Shown here in pieces: positions 1-10,708 of a stretch of DNA of 64,000 nt (the first letter of the stretch is position 1; every line of letters starts with the position of its first letter). A program made the translations under genes and the position numbers. The DNA is from a virus. The stretch lies in the UHGV virus genome UHGV-0293664; one strand, given 5' to 3'. The notes below the pieces were generated by a model. The model was given only the letters and a program-made list of their open reading frames with translations, was not told the DNA's origin and ran no database searches.

Positions 1-1
1 T

Positions 2-625
2 ATTGGCCCAGATAAGACAACTCTTGACTTTGGGTTAAGTGATAATATTGGGGCGTTCGATGATGGTGGCACATCTACAGTGGATGCGTTCCGTTGGAGA
101 TTCCAGCCAACTCAGCCGGACATTAATCCAGAGTTCACTTTAATGTACCTGAACGCAATCACGGCTAATCGTGCGTTGTTGAAAGTGGTGGGCAATGTTG
201 AAGTTGTTGATAACATGCGGTGTAATAACCTCACCATTAGTAGCACAGCAACATTCACTAACTGCAATGTAGCCAGTCAGTTGACAGCTGGGTCAGTATA
301 TGTCAATGGCGGTGCAAGTTGTGATAGTATGGTTGTAAGAAGCCAGCATTGTGTTGTCGGTAACAGAAATGTGGTGCGCTCTGTGAATGGAGTGACGGCT
401 AACGGCAACGGCGATGTAACGATCACCATCCCACAGACAGGTGTACAGGATATCAGAATCGGTGCAAGACTTGTTGATGGCGTTTCTGAATCTCCAATCC
501 GCAACGGATACGTTGTCACAGGTTGGCATTTTGGTGACAAAAAAGAGATGCGTGGTTCAACTTACTGGGCAGGACCTTTACAAAAACTTGTAAATGGTCA
601 ATGGATCACTGTTAATTATGCATAG
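2..625 (+). CDS. tail fiber protein, C-terminal part (5' end upstream of window)
   Basis: Frame open from window start to TAG 623-625; last ~130 aa paralogous to C-terminus of ORF 1640-2683 (FRWRFQP, NAITANRA, KLVNGQWIT.NYA). Confidence 0.7.
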   Translation: MGPDKTTLDFGLSDNIGAFDDGGTSTVDAFRWRFQPTQPDINPEFTLMYLNAITANRALLKVVGNVEVVDNMRCNNLTISSTATFTNCNVASQLTAGSVYVNGGASCDSMVVRSQHCVVGNRNVVRSVNGVTANGNGDVTITIPQTGVQDIRIGARLVDGVSESPIRNGYVVTGWHFGDKKEMRGSTYWAGPLQKLVNGQWITVNYA

Positions 626-639
626 ATCGGAGGACTAGC

Positions 640-1224
640 ATGAAAATACTTCAAGAGTTTAAACTTTACCAACCGGGATCTGGCGAATACCACGCCAACA
701 AGGAAACCAAGGAGCTGACCCCTCAAGAGGTTGAGGACTACACCGCATACACTGGGTATTTTTTACGTAATGATGATGGCGATTGGTATGTGCAGTCACG
801 AACATTACGACAAGAAAATCCGGGTTGTATCTTCCTACTTGTTGACGAGAAAGGAATTCTTAAGACATCTACAGAAGAACCTGATGCCTTATGGCCTGCT
901 CCAGGTCTTCGTGTGGTTATCGCCAAAAAAGAAGAGGTACCAGAAAACATTATGCTTCACCACGACGCTTTGCGTTTAGTTGGTGATGAATTTGTCACAG
1001 ATAATGAATTCTTTGTTCAACAGGCAGAGGGTGTCATAGAGACAGAACTTGCTTGGGCTACTGCTAGACTTGGTGCCTATCAAGACATGATTGACCTTGA
1101 ATATGATCTTACTGATGACCAGAAACGTAACATCAGAGATTTGAAAATGTACAGGGTAAAACTTCTTGAAATAGATACATCTAAAGCCCCTGACATTTTC
1201 TTCCCGGAGCGACCTACCCTCTAA
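640..1224 (+). CDS. hypothetical protein between tail fiber genes (possible fiber assembly factor)
   Basis: 194-aa ORF; ATG 640 preceded by GGAGGA; starts 14 nt after upstream stop. Confidence 0.7.
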   Translation: MKILQEFKLYQPGSGEYHANKETKELTPQEVEDYTAYTGYFLRNDDGDWYVQSRTLRQENPGCIFLLVDEKGILKTSTEEPDALWPAPGLRVVIAKKEEVPENIMLHHDALRLVGDEFVTDNEFFVQQAEGVIETELAWATARLGAYQDMIDLEYDLTDDQKRNIRDLKMYRVKLLEIDTSKAPDIFFPERPTL

Positions 1225-1235
1225 GAGGAGGTGTT

Positions 1236-1550
1236 GTGGAGTTGGATTTGGCGGCATTGTACGGTATCTGTATGGGTACCGTTGTCCCGATCTGTGTATG
1301 GGCTTTCAACCAGTGGCACACCAAATGGAAAGGCATTTCCCAGAGGTTGGATGAACTGGAGAAAGACCTCATCTTAGTGAAAAATAGTATGGTTACAAAA
1401 GATAGACTTGATTCCGTTATCGAGACCCGGTTAAGCAAGCTAGAGGCCGATATTAACGACCTTAAGCAGGATGTCAGGACAGATGTCTCCGGCATCCGAG
1501 CTGATGTACAAAAGATTTTGCACATGCTCGTAGAGCATAGTAAAAGGTAA
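1236..1550 (+). CDS. small membrane/coiled-coil protein
   Basis: 104-aa ORF with GTG start after GAGGAGG; hydrophobic N-terminus then heptad-like region; terminator follows. Confidence 0.55.
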   Translation: MELDLAALYGICMGTVVPICVWAFNQWHTKWKGISQRLDELEKDLILVKNSMVTKDRLDSVIETRLSKLEADINDLKQDVRTDVSGIRADVQKILHMLVEHSKR

Positions 1551-1559
1551 ACAAAGGTC

Positions 1560-1595
1560 AGAACGGAAAGGACTCCGTTCTTGCATTTTGTTCTC
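1560..1595 (+). terminator. intrinsic terminator
   Basis: Hairpin GAACGGAAAGGACTCCGTTC followed by T-rich tract. Confidence 0.6.
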
Positions 1596-1639
1596 TAAAG
1601 TGTTAAAATAGTCCTAAGGAATTTTCTCAGGAGAACGCG

Positions 1640-2683
1640 ATGACTAAACCAGTTATCCCTCTTGATATTTGGGCCAATCAGGATGTTGTGCTTGAAAATA
1701 CGGGAGAGTTGAATAAATCTCAACCAAAAAAAGAAGAGAGATTGAAAGGTTGGGATATGACACAAAGAATGGCATGTGAAGTTGTTAACTTTGAACTTCA
1801 CATGCTTTCTGCGTGGTTGAAGCATTTAACAGAAGATGTTGTCCCAGGATGGGATAATAGATTCTTAAGGGTCACTAATAACCTAGCAGACGTTCCAGAC
1901 AAAGCTGCTGCACGTCAAGTTCTCAATGTATACTCACCTGAAGAAATGGACGATCTATATGTTGACAAGTCTGGAGACATAATGACTCAGACTCAAACTT
2001 TAGGTCTTCAAAGAATCGAGTTTGCATCTGCGTCAACAGACAGTGCGGCAATATACACCACCATAACTCCAGACAAGACGACGATGGATTTCTGGATTAT
2101 GGACAACATCGGTGGTGCTGACGGCACAGACCTTGATGATCCTTCTCACCAAATAGACGGGTTCCGTTGGAGATTTCAACCTTCTGGTGGGCAGCCTGTG
2201 TTTTCGGCTATGAAGCTCAATGCTATAACTGCCAACCGTGCAAGACTGGCTATCCAAGGAAATCTTGAATGTAACGATGCAAAAAGTTCCTCTGCAAATG
2301 CCAATGCGGTCACGATACCAAGAGCCACTGTTAACGGACAACAATCCTGCGGAAGCGCTCAAATAGGTGGAAGAGTTGATTGTAACGATGAAACCGTTAG
2401 GGGCCAATATGCAACCGTTGGTGGAAGAAACGTGGTCCGCAGGGTAAATGGTAACAGCGCAGACGGTAGTGGTAACCTTACTATCCCTATGCCTAGCAGA
2501 GGGGTTGATGATGTAAGGATAGCGAACCGTTTCAAAACCACCTACAGAGAGTCAAGAGTCTACCCTGGACATGTGATGTGCTCTGGTAACTACGCCTATA
2601 AACACCCTTATCAAGGTGATTACTGGACAGGTGCTATCCAAAAACTTGTAAATGGTCAATGGATCACTATATCTTATGCTTAA
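1640..2683 (+). CDS. tail fiber protein
   Basis: 347-aa ORF; SD AGGAGAA; C-terminal domain paralogous to upstream partial fiber gene. Confidence 0.8.
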   Translation: MTKPVIPLDIWANQDVVLENTGELNKSQPKKEERLKGWDMTQRMACEVVNFELHMLSAWLKHLTEDVVPGWDNRFLRVTNNLADVPDKAAARQVLNVYSPEEMDDLYVDKSGDIMTQTQTLGLQRIEFASASTDSAAIYTTITPDKTTMDFWIMDNIGGADGTDLDDPSHQIDGFRWRFQPSGGQPVFSAMKLNAITANRARLAIQGNLECNDAKSSSANANAVTIPRATVNGQQSCGSAQIGGRVDCNDETVRGQYATVGGRNVVRRVNGNSADGSGNLTIPMPSRGVDDVRIANRFKTTYRESRVYPGHVMCSGNYAYKHPYQGDYWTGAIQKLVNGQWITISYA

Positions 2684-2694
2684 AAAGAGGGTAA

Positions 2695-2961
2695 ATGAAA
2701 CTAACTCAGTTTTTATGGGGACTGGTTGCGGCATCTGATGACCCTACGAAAGTGTCCCAATCTAAGCTATGGTCGAACATAGGTATGGCGGTGATGACTG
2801 GGGTGTTTATTCATATGGGGTATAATGATACGCTTCCTGAATGGTATGCGTGGATATACGCGCCTTCAGTAGCTTGCCCCCAGCTTATTAGCAAATTCAT
2901 CTCGCTCCGGTGGGGTTGCCAGCACCCTGACCACGTTAAAAACGAAGAGCAAAAAGCTTAA
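2695..2961 (+). CDS. hypothetical protein (tail fiber associated)
   Basis: 88-aa ORF; SD AGAGGG; 11 nt after upstream stop. Confidence 0.6.
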   Translation: MKLTQFLWGLVAASDDPTKVSQSKLWSNIGMAVMTGVFIHMGYNDTLPEWYAWIYAPSVACPQLISKFISLRWGCQHPDHVKNEEQKA

Positions 2962-2970
2962 GGAGAAATC

Positions 2971-4716
2971 ATGGCGCAAGACATGACAAGCTTTGAGCAG
3001 GCGGTAGATCAAGTAATTGTTGATTCTGAACGTTTGCACCTGATTGTCAACGGTAACGCTGTGGATGAAGTTGTCGTAGAGGATGGGACCACCATCCCTA
3101 CGGTACGAAAAGCCATGCTTGACACCCTTTATTTTAAAACGCCACCGATCCCTTGGGCGTATGGTGCATCCACAACAGTTTTTAACCAGCTGTACGAGTT
3201 TAAGGGGGACACAGGCCCTCAGTGGTGGTACGCTCCCGCAGCATCAAAATCTAACCCGGTTAGAATGCCAGCAGATCCTTCACAATCTCCAAACTGGAGA
3301 TTATATACAGATTCTGCAGTAATGGCAAAATACTACGCAAAACTTAACAGTCCGAGGTTCGAAGGTGACCCGCGAGTACCGACACCTCCAATGGACGACA
3401 AATCCGAGTCTATAGCAAACACAGAGTTTGTTGTTGACTACGTGGATAGCATATTTGAAGCCATGGAGGGGATGAAAGTTACTGTAGGGTCTTTGGTGGT
3501 AAAAGGTCTTACAGAACTTGCTAACACCATAGTTGGTGGCACACTCACCCTACATGGGCCTGTTAATGGAGCAGATTCTACTGCACGCTTCAGGAACCTA
3601 ATCCTCACGGCAAACACTTCTACACTTACTTTTGCGTGGAGCGATCCTAAGCATGCAGACTGGAGAAGTACAGAGCTGCAGCCTCATGAAGTGTCCACCC
3701 ACAGGATTATAGCTGACACTATAACTTCTGGGAAACCAGTGGCTAATAATAACGATGTGCATTTTGATGGTCTAGGTAATAACTTTTTTGACTACGTGTA
3801 CATTCGTGGTAATGCCATGAAGGCAGCAACCGAACCGACATTGCAGGTAGATGGAACCACCAGGGTTAAGAACCTTGAGGTGACAGGTACTGTTACAGGA
3901 ATAACCTACTCTGTCGATGGCACCATGATCTACCCTAGCTATATTGAAAGCACGGGGGACGCATTAATAAATGGTGATTTAGAAGTTGGCGGATCTGTAG
4001 TTATTCGAGGTACAGCCTCTATCCAAAACATAGCTCTGAATACCTTAAGAGTCAATGAGCGTGCAACTTTTGAAGGAGAAGGGCTTGCAGCCAATAAAGG
4101 TACAATTACCGAGCTGACCACCACCACTCTAACTGCAACAACTGCAAACTCTGAAAACTGCAACGTTACCAGAAACTTGCAGGTAAATGGGGATGTTAGT
4201 TTAAACGCAGCAGGTACTGGCACCACCTACCTGCACAACCTTGAAATATCCGGCACAGTGACTGGGTGGCTGCCAGACTTCTCTAATGTCAACTTTGTTT
4301 GTAATGGCATTAACTCTAGCGGTAAGATAACCACCTCTCAAGGAATTGAAGCTGGTAAAACCATTACTGCCCCTACTTTCCACGCAGGGAAGGTAGATTT
4401 TGATTTAGAGGAGGTTGACGCGTCCAGTGGGACATGGACACCTAACGGGCAGGCCAGTATGTATGTTGTCCACGCGAAAGGGGATTTTACAATAGGACAG
4501 TGGCCTGGGACATCAGCGGAAGATAAACCTTATCCATTCACTGCAGTTATCTATGTAATTCAGGATGCTGTAGGTCACAACGTGACTTTGCACGATAAGT
4601 ATGCCATCCTGTCGGCAACACCTGTTATTAACAACAAGGCTAACAGTGTTACCTTGCTGCAATTAACGTATTGTGGTGTTGGTGATATTGTAGACGTAGT
4701 AATTGCACAACGTTAA
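2971..4716 (+). CDS. tail fiber/tail spike-like structural protein
   Basis: 581-aa ORF; SD AAGGAG; Thr/Gly/Asn-rich repetitive beta-type sequence typical of fibers. Confidence 0.8.
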   Translation: MAQDMTSFEQAVDQVIVDSERLHLIVNGNAVDEVVVEDGTTIPTVRKAMLDTLYFKTPPIPWAYGASTTVFNQLYEFKGDTGPQWWYAPAASKSNPVRMPADPSQSPNWRLYTDSAVMAKYYAKLNSPRFEGDPRVPTPPMDDKSESIANTEFVVDYVDSIFEAMEGMKVTVGSLVVKGLTELANTIVGGTLTLHGPVNGADSTARFRNLILTANTSTLTFAWSDPKHADWRSTELQPHEVSTHRIIADTITSGKPVANNNDVHFDGLGNNFFDYVYIRGNAMKAATEPTLQVDGTTRVKNLEVTGTVTGITYSVDGTMIYPSYIESTGDALINGDLEVGGSVVIRGTASIQNIALNTLRVNERATFEGEGLAANKGTITELTTTTLTATTANSENCNVTRNLQVNGDVSLNAAGTGTTYLHNLEISGTVTGWLPDFSNVNFVCNGINSSGKITTSQGIEAGKTITAPTFHAGKVDFDLEEVDASSGTWTPNGQASMYVVHAKGDFTIGQWPGTSAEDKPYPFTAVIYVIQDAVGHNVTLHDKYAILSATPVINNKANSVTLLQLTYCGVGDIVDVVIAQR

Positions 4717-4725
4717 TATATCTAA

Positions 4726-4750
4726 CCGCTCCTGACGGGGCGGTTTTCTT
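4726..4750 (+). terminator. intrinsic terminator
   Basis: ACCGC...GCGGT stem followed by TTTTCTT. Confidence 0.55.
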
Positions 4751-4764
4751 ATCTGGAGAACACA

Positions 4765-7700
4765 ATGCTTCCAATCCCTTTGCTAAAACTTGGTCGTCAT
4801 TTCCTCGATAAGAGGGGTGGAATTAAGGAACTTGCTGTTCTGTCATACCCAATAGACAACAGTGATGGCACAAGCACTACAGTATCCTATGTAAATAGTT
4901 TAGCTATACTTTTTGATGATGGTCAACTCAATATCACGGGCTATAACAGGTTCGGAGAGTGCCGCACTGGGGGTCTTGACACGATAAACTACCCCAACGA
5001 GGCTGCCTGGAACGTTGATCATGTGTGGAGAGCAGACCGTGCGTTTGTGATCCGAACTTTTGATAACCAGTTTTTCTACATCGGCTGCACTGCAGGGCTT
5101 ATTGGGTCTGATGCTGCAGGCGGTAATGATGTTTGTGTAAGAGAGTGGACACCTCTTCCTGAACAGATCGTTAAAGGGTTGCACCTTGACACCCACCCAG
5201 AGCGCCTTATTGAAGTAATGGGCGGTATTAACAACACTATCTGGGTTATTGCAGAGGCAGAAGGCACTGGCATACTTAACCTGTATGGATCTGGTAACAA
5301 CACCTACGGATCTTTGCATGTAGATAAAAATCAGCATGCAACCCCTGTAAAGATCGGTGAGACATCGGAAAATCCTGAAACAGGCCCTTGGAAAAACCCA
5401 AGCATCAACTGCGAGGTGCATGACAACTCTGTTATTTTCGGTGGTCCTAGAGGTTTCTGGATTGCTGGATACGACTTTCTGAGAAATAACAGTAGAAACG
5501 ATCTTGTTTGGCCTCCTGTGCAGATTACTCGTAACGATTTGAGGGGCATTCCTGCAGATGAGGAGTGGAAAGGGTTTATGTGTGGTCCTAACGGGGCAAT
5601 AATTGCCACACAGAGGATGCATAGACCCGATGACCAGCAGCTTGTTAACGTATTCTACGGGCAAGACGTTTGGGGAGATGACACATGGCGTTCCTTAAAT
5701 ATCACCTACACCCATGAGGTAATAATGGCTCGTGGGTACGGCACAAGTGGCATTTTCTTCAATAATGGCACTAAGCAGTATCGTGGATTCTCTCGCAACT
5801 TGTGTAATGATATTGGCGCACAATCTGCAAACAATAGCCCTAGGGCCAATTTTATCCACTATCAAGCTCTTGCTACAGCTAAATATGTTGAGCAACGCCT
5901 GCCAGTTAGCTGGACAGAGAGTGTTTATTTCCAAGGCATCCACAGGGAAGGTTTCTTAGGAACCTTTACTGTTGTTAATGGTAAACTTTGGTGGTCAGGC
6001 ATCCCAAGGGGGAGTTTTGCAGGCTCTAACAACCTGTTTGGCGGCAGACTTAATAGTCAGGGGTTCACAGAGGTTCCTGAGAATTGGTATAAAAATGTCC
6101 CAGTAGACAGTTGGGATGTTGATGATATTTTCGACGTTAACGGTGTTAGCAGCGTTAGCAATATTTACATTGGTGACACGGTCAAGATGAAATTGAAGCC
6201 TCAGCCAGAAGGGGCTACGTTCATTATTGACAAGATTGAACTGGTAAATGCTGCAGGCACGGTTGTTACAGATGCAAATTACCAATTCTCCACCAACTGG
6301 AACCACGGCGGGGCCAATGAAGTTGTTGTTACCCAGTATAACAGAAATGTTAACAGACGTGGCCTGTACTCTGTAAAAATAACTTATCATGACAAGCATG
6401 GCACAGGCAGAACCCATACGACAAGGACTTTGAACTGGAACACCATAGTTCCTGCGTATCCGTCTAACGGCAAGTGGCATACCGTTGGTAGAAACAAGCA
6501 GTTCCATGTTAACGATACTGTATACTTTGGGCTGAATGGTACTCAGCCTGCAGTAGAAGGTGATACATCATATATGGTCCGACTCCACAGAATGGATGCT
6601 GGATCAGTCACTTACGATGTTACCCAAGAGATTTATGATCAGAGAAGAAATACCTACAACAACTTGGTGCAGACACAGGCCGTATGGGAGTTCAACCCTA
6701 ACGGCAGAGGTGGTAAAATGTTGCAGGTTAACGAGCAAAACGGAACGTCGTTAACTGTCCACAAACACCCAGACCCTTGGCCTGATCCTGGAAAACCTCA
6801 CCCAGGCGCTCGTACGCTGAAAATTGTCAGCCATGATGTAGGATATTTCGGAATACGCTGGGAAGCTACAGTAAGGTATGCCGACGGGACAACAAACAAC
6901 ATAGGGATTACACTTGGTGGCACCAGTGAAGATAACTCGCTGAAAATTGCCTACACTCCTAGAGGTATATCTATTGACAATATGGATGTTGTTCGCAATG
7001 GTTACGGCGATGTGAATGTCAAAGTTACTCTTGGCGAACATCTTGGTGGGGAAAGGATCATCATGTATGCTTTTGATCATGACCCGCGTACCAACGGAAC
7101 TTATGCAAATCAGGCATGGAGTTACCTGATAAATGCACCTGGGCCGAATACTAAAGAGTTCTACTACGGCATGAAGCGAGATGTGTGCAAGAAAACAGGA
7201 ACACATGACTGGATTGCTATCTGCGTTAAAGATGAGCGCACAGCTTGGGATGAGCCTGTTAACAGATGGTTCATAGGTATTCCTACCAGAAGTGATAAGT
7301 ATGTCGCAGAATATATTGTATGCATGGGCGGTACCAACCTGAACATGTGTTGGAACGAGGATGCAAACAAATACTCTGATTATGACTATATGAGGGACTA
7401 CTCTTGTAATCAGTGGTTTAACCAATCAACAGGATACCCTCCACGTCAGGCGAGAGTAAACCCTGCAATCTTCACAGATACGCAGGTTTTCTTGACAAAA
7501 CAGGCCAACAAGGTTCAGACCTTCAAGAATAAATACGATCCTAACAAGTGGTTCTACAACTGTTACGGCGCATTTTTCTGGGGACCTGGTGAGTTACCTG
7601 GTGGAGGATCTTGCTTGAATGAGGCAACTTACGCCAGTGACTACATCATGGGGCAGGTCAAGAAGTATAAGATAATCCCCGGTCCTGAGACTCTGGGCAA

Positions 7701-10392
7701 TGCCGTTGACCCTTATATCATCATGACTGCACTGAGATCAAACATGGACGGGACATCCATGTCTATGCAAATTCCGGTAACAAACGGGTACAAACGTGTT
7801 GTGATGATCATTAAGTGCGACTTAATAGGTAAACAAGTTCTTGCAGAAAACGGGACATCCACACATCCTTTTGAGATTGCTCTGCACTATCAGTTTGCTG
7901 ACTCGCCTTTTGCAGGTGATAAGAGAATATCTGATACAGATGCACAGCGTTGTAAGAAAGTATTGTTGGGTGCAGGTTGGTGGTGGTATGAGTTTGATTT
8001 AACAGACAAATTCACCGACACGTCTAAAGTTGTAACAGGACTTCGTCTAGACCTTGGCGAGAACATGCACAAAGCTGTTTGTGATGGCACCTATGGTGAC
8101 CCTACAATATACCTAAAATATATTTCTTTTGAGCATCCGGAAGATGTTGTCTACGGTCCAAAACTGAGATTGTTTGGCAGTTGGATTGCAAAAGATAGGG
8201 TAGGCATGGGTAAGAAGGTGAGAGGGTTCTTGGTTGATGCAGGAACAGAAGACATGCTGGTTAATGCAGTATGGCCTGAATTACCTGGGACTCAGTGGAA
8301 CAACTCAGCCAAATCTATAAACTGGTTTAACATCCACAGGGCTATGTGGACCACTAACTGCTACTTGTGGAGAGAGCTTAACGATCAGGCTTTTGGCTTC
8401 AGTGATGGCAGGAGGATGGCGATCATTTGCTGGACAACGCTGCAAAGATGCTATGACCATGACTACGAGATTGGTGGTAGGGCATGGAAAAATATCAGGG
8501 ACAGAATCATAACCAATTTTGCAGACGACAACGGTGGTGGAGCACATAACTTTGGCACAAGCCGACTTATCCATTTGAATGGATCCTCGGCCTACAAGAA
8601 AGAAGGTTACTCAGGGTCCATGATCGAGTGGGGTCTGGTGAAAGATGCTCGCGTATTGATGGGCCAGCAACTTGCTGCCGCAATAGGCCCAAGCGCAGTG
8701 CAGTCGGTTAAACCAGCGTGGTTCGATATCCCATTGTGGTCACCAGGAACACCGGGAACTGCTGCAATCAACCCTACCACTGGGGATCTAGAAATATCCT
8801 GGGAGGACTTGAAGCAGGTCGGTGGTTGGGATAAAACGGGGTATCAGGTCCAGTGGTGGAGGGCTGATGGATCTTTAGCCTCTGATGAGTTTGTTAAGGA
8901 CAATTTCTACACCATGTCCTCTGCAAAAGCACAGCAATTATTTGGTCAGGCCACTCCGTCAACGATCACCATGTCTATGTGCTGTAAAGACAACAGGACT
9001 GGAGCTTTGGGGCCAAGGGTTGCTAAGGTTTTCTCAGGTATTAAATGGAATCTCCCTGTTCAAAGTGTTTCATGGAAGCAAATAGGTGATAACAAGCTGC
9101 TGGTTACCCCTGCCTGTCAGTTCAACGCAACTCTTAACGTTGATCCTGCTGTTGCGGCAAACTCAGCTAAAGCTTCTGACTTCTCTGTGTCTAACACTGC
9201 TATGGCAGATGTGAGGAAGATTGACACACTGAACGCCAGAATTACCTGTAAAAACACTTATGGCACATTCCAAATCATCAACAACTTCACAGATGCTGAT
9301 TCTAAGGTAGTAAGGACAGCAAGCCAGACTCTGAGTTTAGGGACTCTGGCCTATGCGGCCCTGATCACCGAACAGTCGGCAACACTCCAAGGAGGCGGTG
9401 TAGGCAAGTCCATTGCAACACCTGTGTGGAAGCCGAATGAGTGGGTTGTGTTTGATTTGACTGTGGACTTCTCCAGTGATAATAACTGGACATGGGTAAG
9501 GAATTGTTTGTCACAGTTGATGGGCGGTCCAAGCTCCATTAGCGATAGTCACGACTCTACTGACCCGAGCGTGTTCCAGGTGGGTAAAACTCACCCAGAG
9601 ACTGGAGAAACGTTGCCTGACAGGAAGTATGCTTTGGTTTGCATCTCTTACGGGAAGGCAGATGTCACCTTCTCAGGGACACACACTTATAACGGAACCT
9701 ACAACTTCTCAAGGAAGTATAGTCTCAAAGCAGGGAACATTGTAGACGAGGTTGGTGTGCTGTATAATCCAGGTAACGGCATAGGGATTGTGGGTGGTCA
9801 ACTGCAGATGCAGGAACCTTCTATTACACCTTCCAACGTATCCGGGATTAGAAAGACTTGGGAAAGTAGTAATACCAACATTGCAACAGTGGATGCCACC
9901 ACAGGACTGGTAACATTTAAAGCCACTGGGAATGTCACCATAAAGTTTGTAGTTACAGATGATGCAGGCCGCAAAACGTCTTCAACATCATTCACTGTCA
10001 AACAGATGGCACCTCAGTGGTTTATTTGGGAAGGAAATCCTCTTGACGGGGCTTACCCTAGACCTGCAGGAACGTCTAATATGAGGGTCTTTACCGGTCC
10101 GGTCATGAACAATCCGACCACAACCACCAACCCTACATTTTTTGGTGCTTACATACCTGAAATCATTGGCCTACCAAGGAACCAGATACAACTGCTTTTC
10201 GGAGCAGGTGTTGATGGTCTAGCCACCTTTGGGTACAGTGACAACATTGATGCAGCCAGAAGCTCGGGTTGGATTGGATTTAAGTTCCAGTGGAACCCTG
10301 GTGGTAGAACATTAGGTCTTGCAAGCATAGGTGTTATGCTACCTGGTAACCAGCAATACCATCTCGAAGCTTATACAAACTTCCCTAGTTAA
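4765..10392 (+). CDS. giant tail fiber/adhesin-like structural protein with Ig-like (Big_2-type) domain
   Basis: 1875-aa uninterrupted ORF; SD GGAGAA; Big_2-like segment ITPSNVSGIRKTWESSNTNIATVDATTGLVTFKATGNVTIKFVVTDDAGRK. Confidence 0.85.
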   Translation: MLPIPLLKLGRHFLDKRGGIKELAVLSYPIDNSDGTSTTVSYVNSLAILFDDGQLNITGYNRFGECRTGGLDTINYPNEAAWNVDHVWRADRAFVIRTFDNQFFYIGCTAGLIGSDAAGGNDVCVREWTPLPEQIVKGLHLDTHPERLIEVMGGINNTIWVIAEAEGTGILNLYGSGNNTYGSLHVDKNQHATPVKIGETSENPETGPWKNPSINCEVHDNSVIFGGPRGFWIAGYDFLRNNSRNDLVWPPVQITRNDLRGIPADEEWKGFMCGPNGAIIATQRMHRPDDQQLVNVFYGQDVWGDDTWRSLNITYTHEVIMARGYGTSGIFFNNGTKQYRGFSRNLCNDIGAQSANNSPRANFIHYQALATAKYVEQRLPVSWTESVYFQGIHREGFLGTFTVVNGKLWWSGIPRGSFAGSNNLFGGRLNSQGFTEVPENWYKNVPVDSWDVDDIFDVNGVSSVSNIYIGDTVKMKLKPQPEGATFIIDKIELVNAAGTVVTDANYQFSTNWNHGGANEVVVTQYNRNVNRRGLYSVKITYHDKHGTGRTHTTRTLNWNTIVPAYPSNGKWHTVGRNKQFHVNDTVYFGLNGTQPAVEGDTSYMVRLHRMDAGSVTYDVTQEIYDQRRNTYNNLVQTQAVWEFNPNGRGGKMLQVNEQNGTSLTVHKHPDPWPDPGKPHPGARTLKIVSHDVGYFGIRWEATVRYADGTTNNIGITLGGTSEDNSLKIAYTPRGISIDNMDVVRNGYGDVNVKVTLGEHLGGERIIMYAFDHDPRTNGTYANQAWSYLINAPGPNTKEFYYGMKRDVCKKTGTHDWIAICVKDERTAWDEPVNRWFIGIPTRSDKYVAEYIVCMGGTNLNMCWNEDANKYSDYDYMRDYSCNQWFNQSTGYPPRQARVNPAIFTDTQVFLTKQANKVQTFKNKYDPNKWFYNCYGAFFWGPGELPGGGSCLNEATYASDYIMGQVKKYKIIPGPETLGNAVDPYIIMTALRSNMDGTSMSMQIPVTNGYKRVVMIIKCDLIGKQVLAENGTSTHPFEIALHYQFADSPFAGDKRISDTDAQRCKKVLLGAGWWWYEFDLTDKFTDTSKVVTGLRLDLGENMHKAVCDGTYGDPTIYLKYISFEHPEDVVYGPKLRLFGSWIAKDRVGMGKKVRGFLVDAGTEDMLVNAVWPELPGTQWNNSAKSINWFNIHRAMWTTNCYLWRELNDQAFGFSDGRRMAIICWTTLQRCYDHDYEIGGRAWKNIRDRIITNFADDNGGGAHNFGTSRLIHLNGSSAYKKEGYSGSMIEWGLVKDARVLMGQQLAAAIGPSAVQSVKPAWFDIPLWSPGTPGTAAINPTTGDLEISWEDLKQVGGWDKTGYQVQWWRADGSLASDEFVKDNFYTMSSAKAQQLFGQATPSTITMSMCCKDNRTGALGPRVAKVFSGIKWNLPVQSVSWKQIGDNKLLVTPACQFNATLNVDPAVAANSAKASDFSVSNTAMADVRKIDTLNARITCKNTYGTFQIINNFTDADSKVVRTASQTLSLGTLAYAALITEQSATLQGGGVGKSIATPVWKPNEWVVFDLTVDFSSDNNWTWVRNCLSQLMGGPSSISDSHDSTDPSVFQVGKTHPETGETLPDRKYALVCISYGKADVTFSGTHTYNGTYNFSRKYSLKAGNIVDEVGVLYNPGNGIGIVGGQLQMQEPSITPSNVSGIRKTWESSNTNIATVDATTGLVTFKATGNVTIKFVVTDDAGRKTSSTSFTVKQMAPQWFIWEGNPLDGAYPRPAGTSNMRVFTGPVMNNPTTTTNPTFFGAYIPEIIGLPRNQIQLLFGAGVDGLATFGYSDNIDAARSSGWIGFKFQWNPGGRTLGLASIGVMLPGNQQYHLEAYTNFPS

Positions 10393-10406
10393 CAAGAGGA
10401 AAATAA

Positions 10407-10434
10407 AAAGGGGCCGTTTGGCCCCTTTCTTTTT
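10407..10434. terminator. bidirectional intrinsic terminator between convergent gene blocks
   Basis: AAAGGGGCCGTTTGGCCCCTTT hairpin flanked by A-run and T-run. Confidence 0.75.
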
Positions 10435-10438
10435 ATAA

Positions 10439-10639
10439 TTAGTAATATTCCCAACACGACCCATCTTCAGACGGCTGGACACGCTTACCTTCATGATCGA
10501 CATAGGTGTAACCACAGCCTTCACAGATAACAGGTGCCGCATAACCTTCCTTCCACTGCTTCTCCGTGATCAATCCTTTCAGATCTCCGCAGTCACGACC
10601 AAACAACTCTTCAGAACAGTCTTTACAAAAATCAGCCAT
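10439..10639 (-). CDS. small Cys-rich zinc-ribbon-like protein
   Basis: 66 aa; two CxxC pairs (CKDC...CEGC); GGAG upstream. Confidence 0.65.
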   Translation of the reverse strand: MADFCKDCSEELFGRDCGDLKGLITEKQWKEGYAAPVICEGCGYTYVDHEGKRVQPSEDGSCWEYY

Positions 10640-10708
10640 CTCTATCAGTCTCCATATTTAACCAATCTGTATTACATATTGCCGAAGAAACAGTATTTCA
10701 TTTCATCA

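Noticed and set aside
277-540. Minus-strand ORFs 277-540 and 293-529 inside the tail fiber gene
   Set aside because: Antisense to a strongly supported fiber gene; low-complexity translation; no start context
4900-5664. 254-aa minus-strand ORF and other antisense ORFs within the 1875-aa gene (5076-5303, 5331-5609, 5995-6507, 6751-7425 and others)
   Set aside because: All embedded antisense in one long uninterrupted plus-strand ORF with coherent protein features
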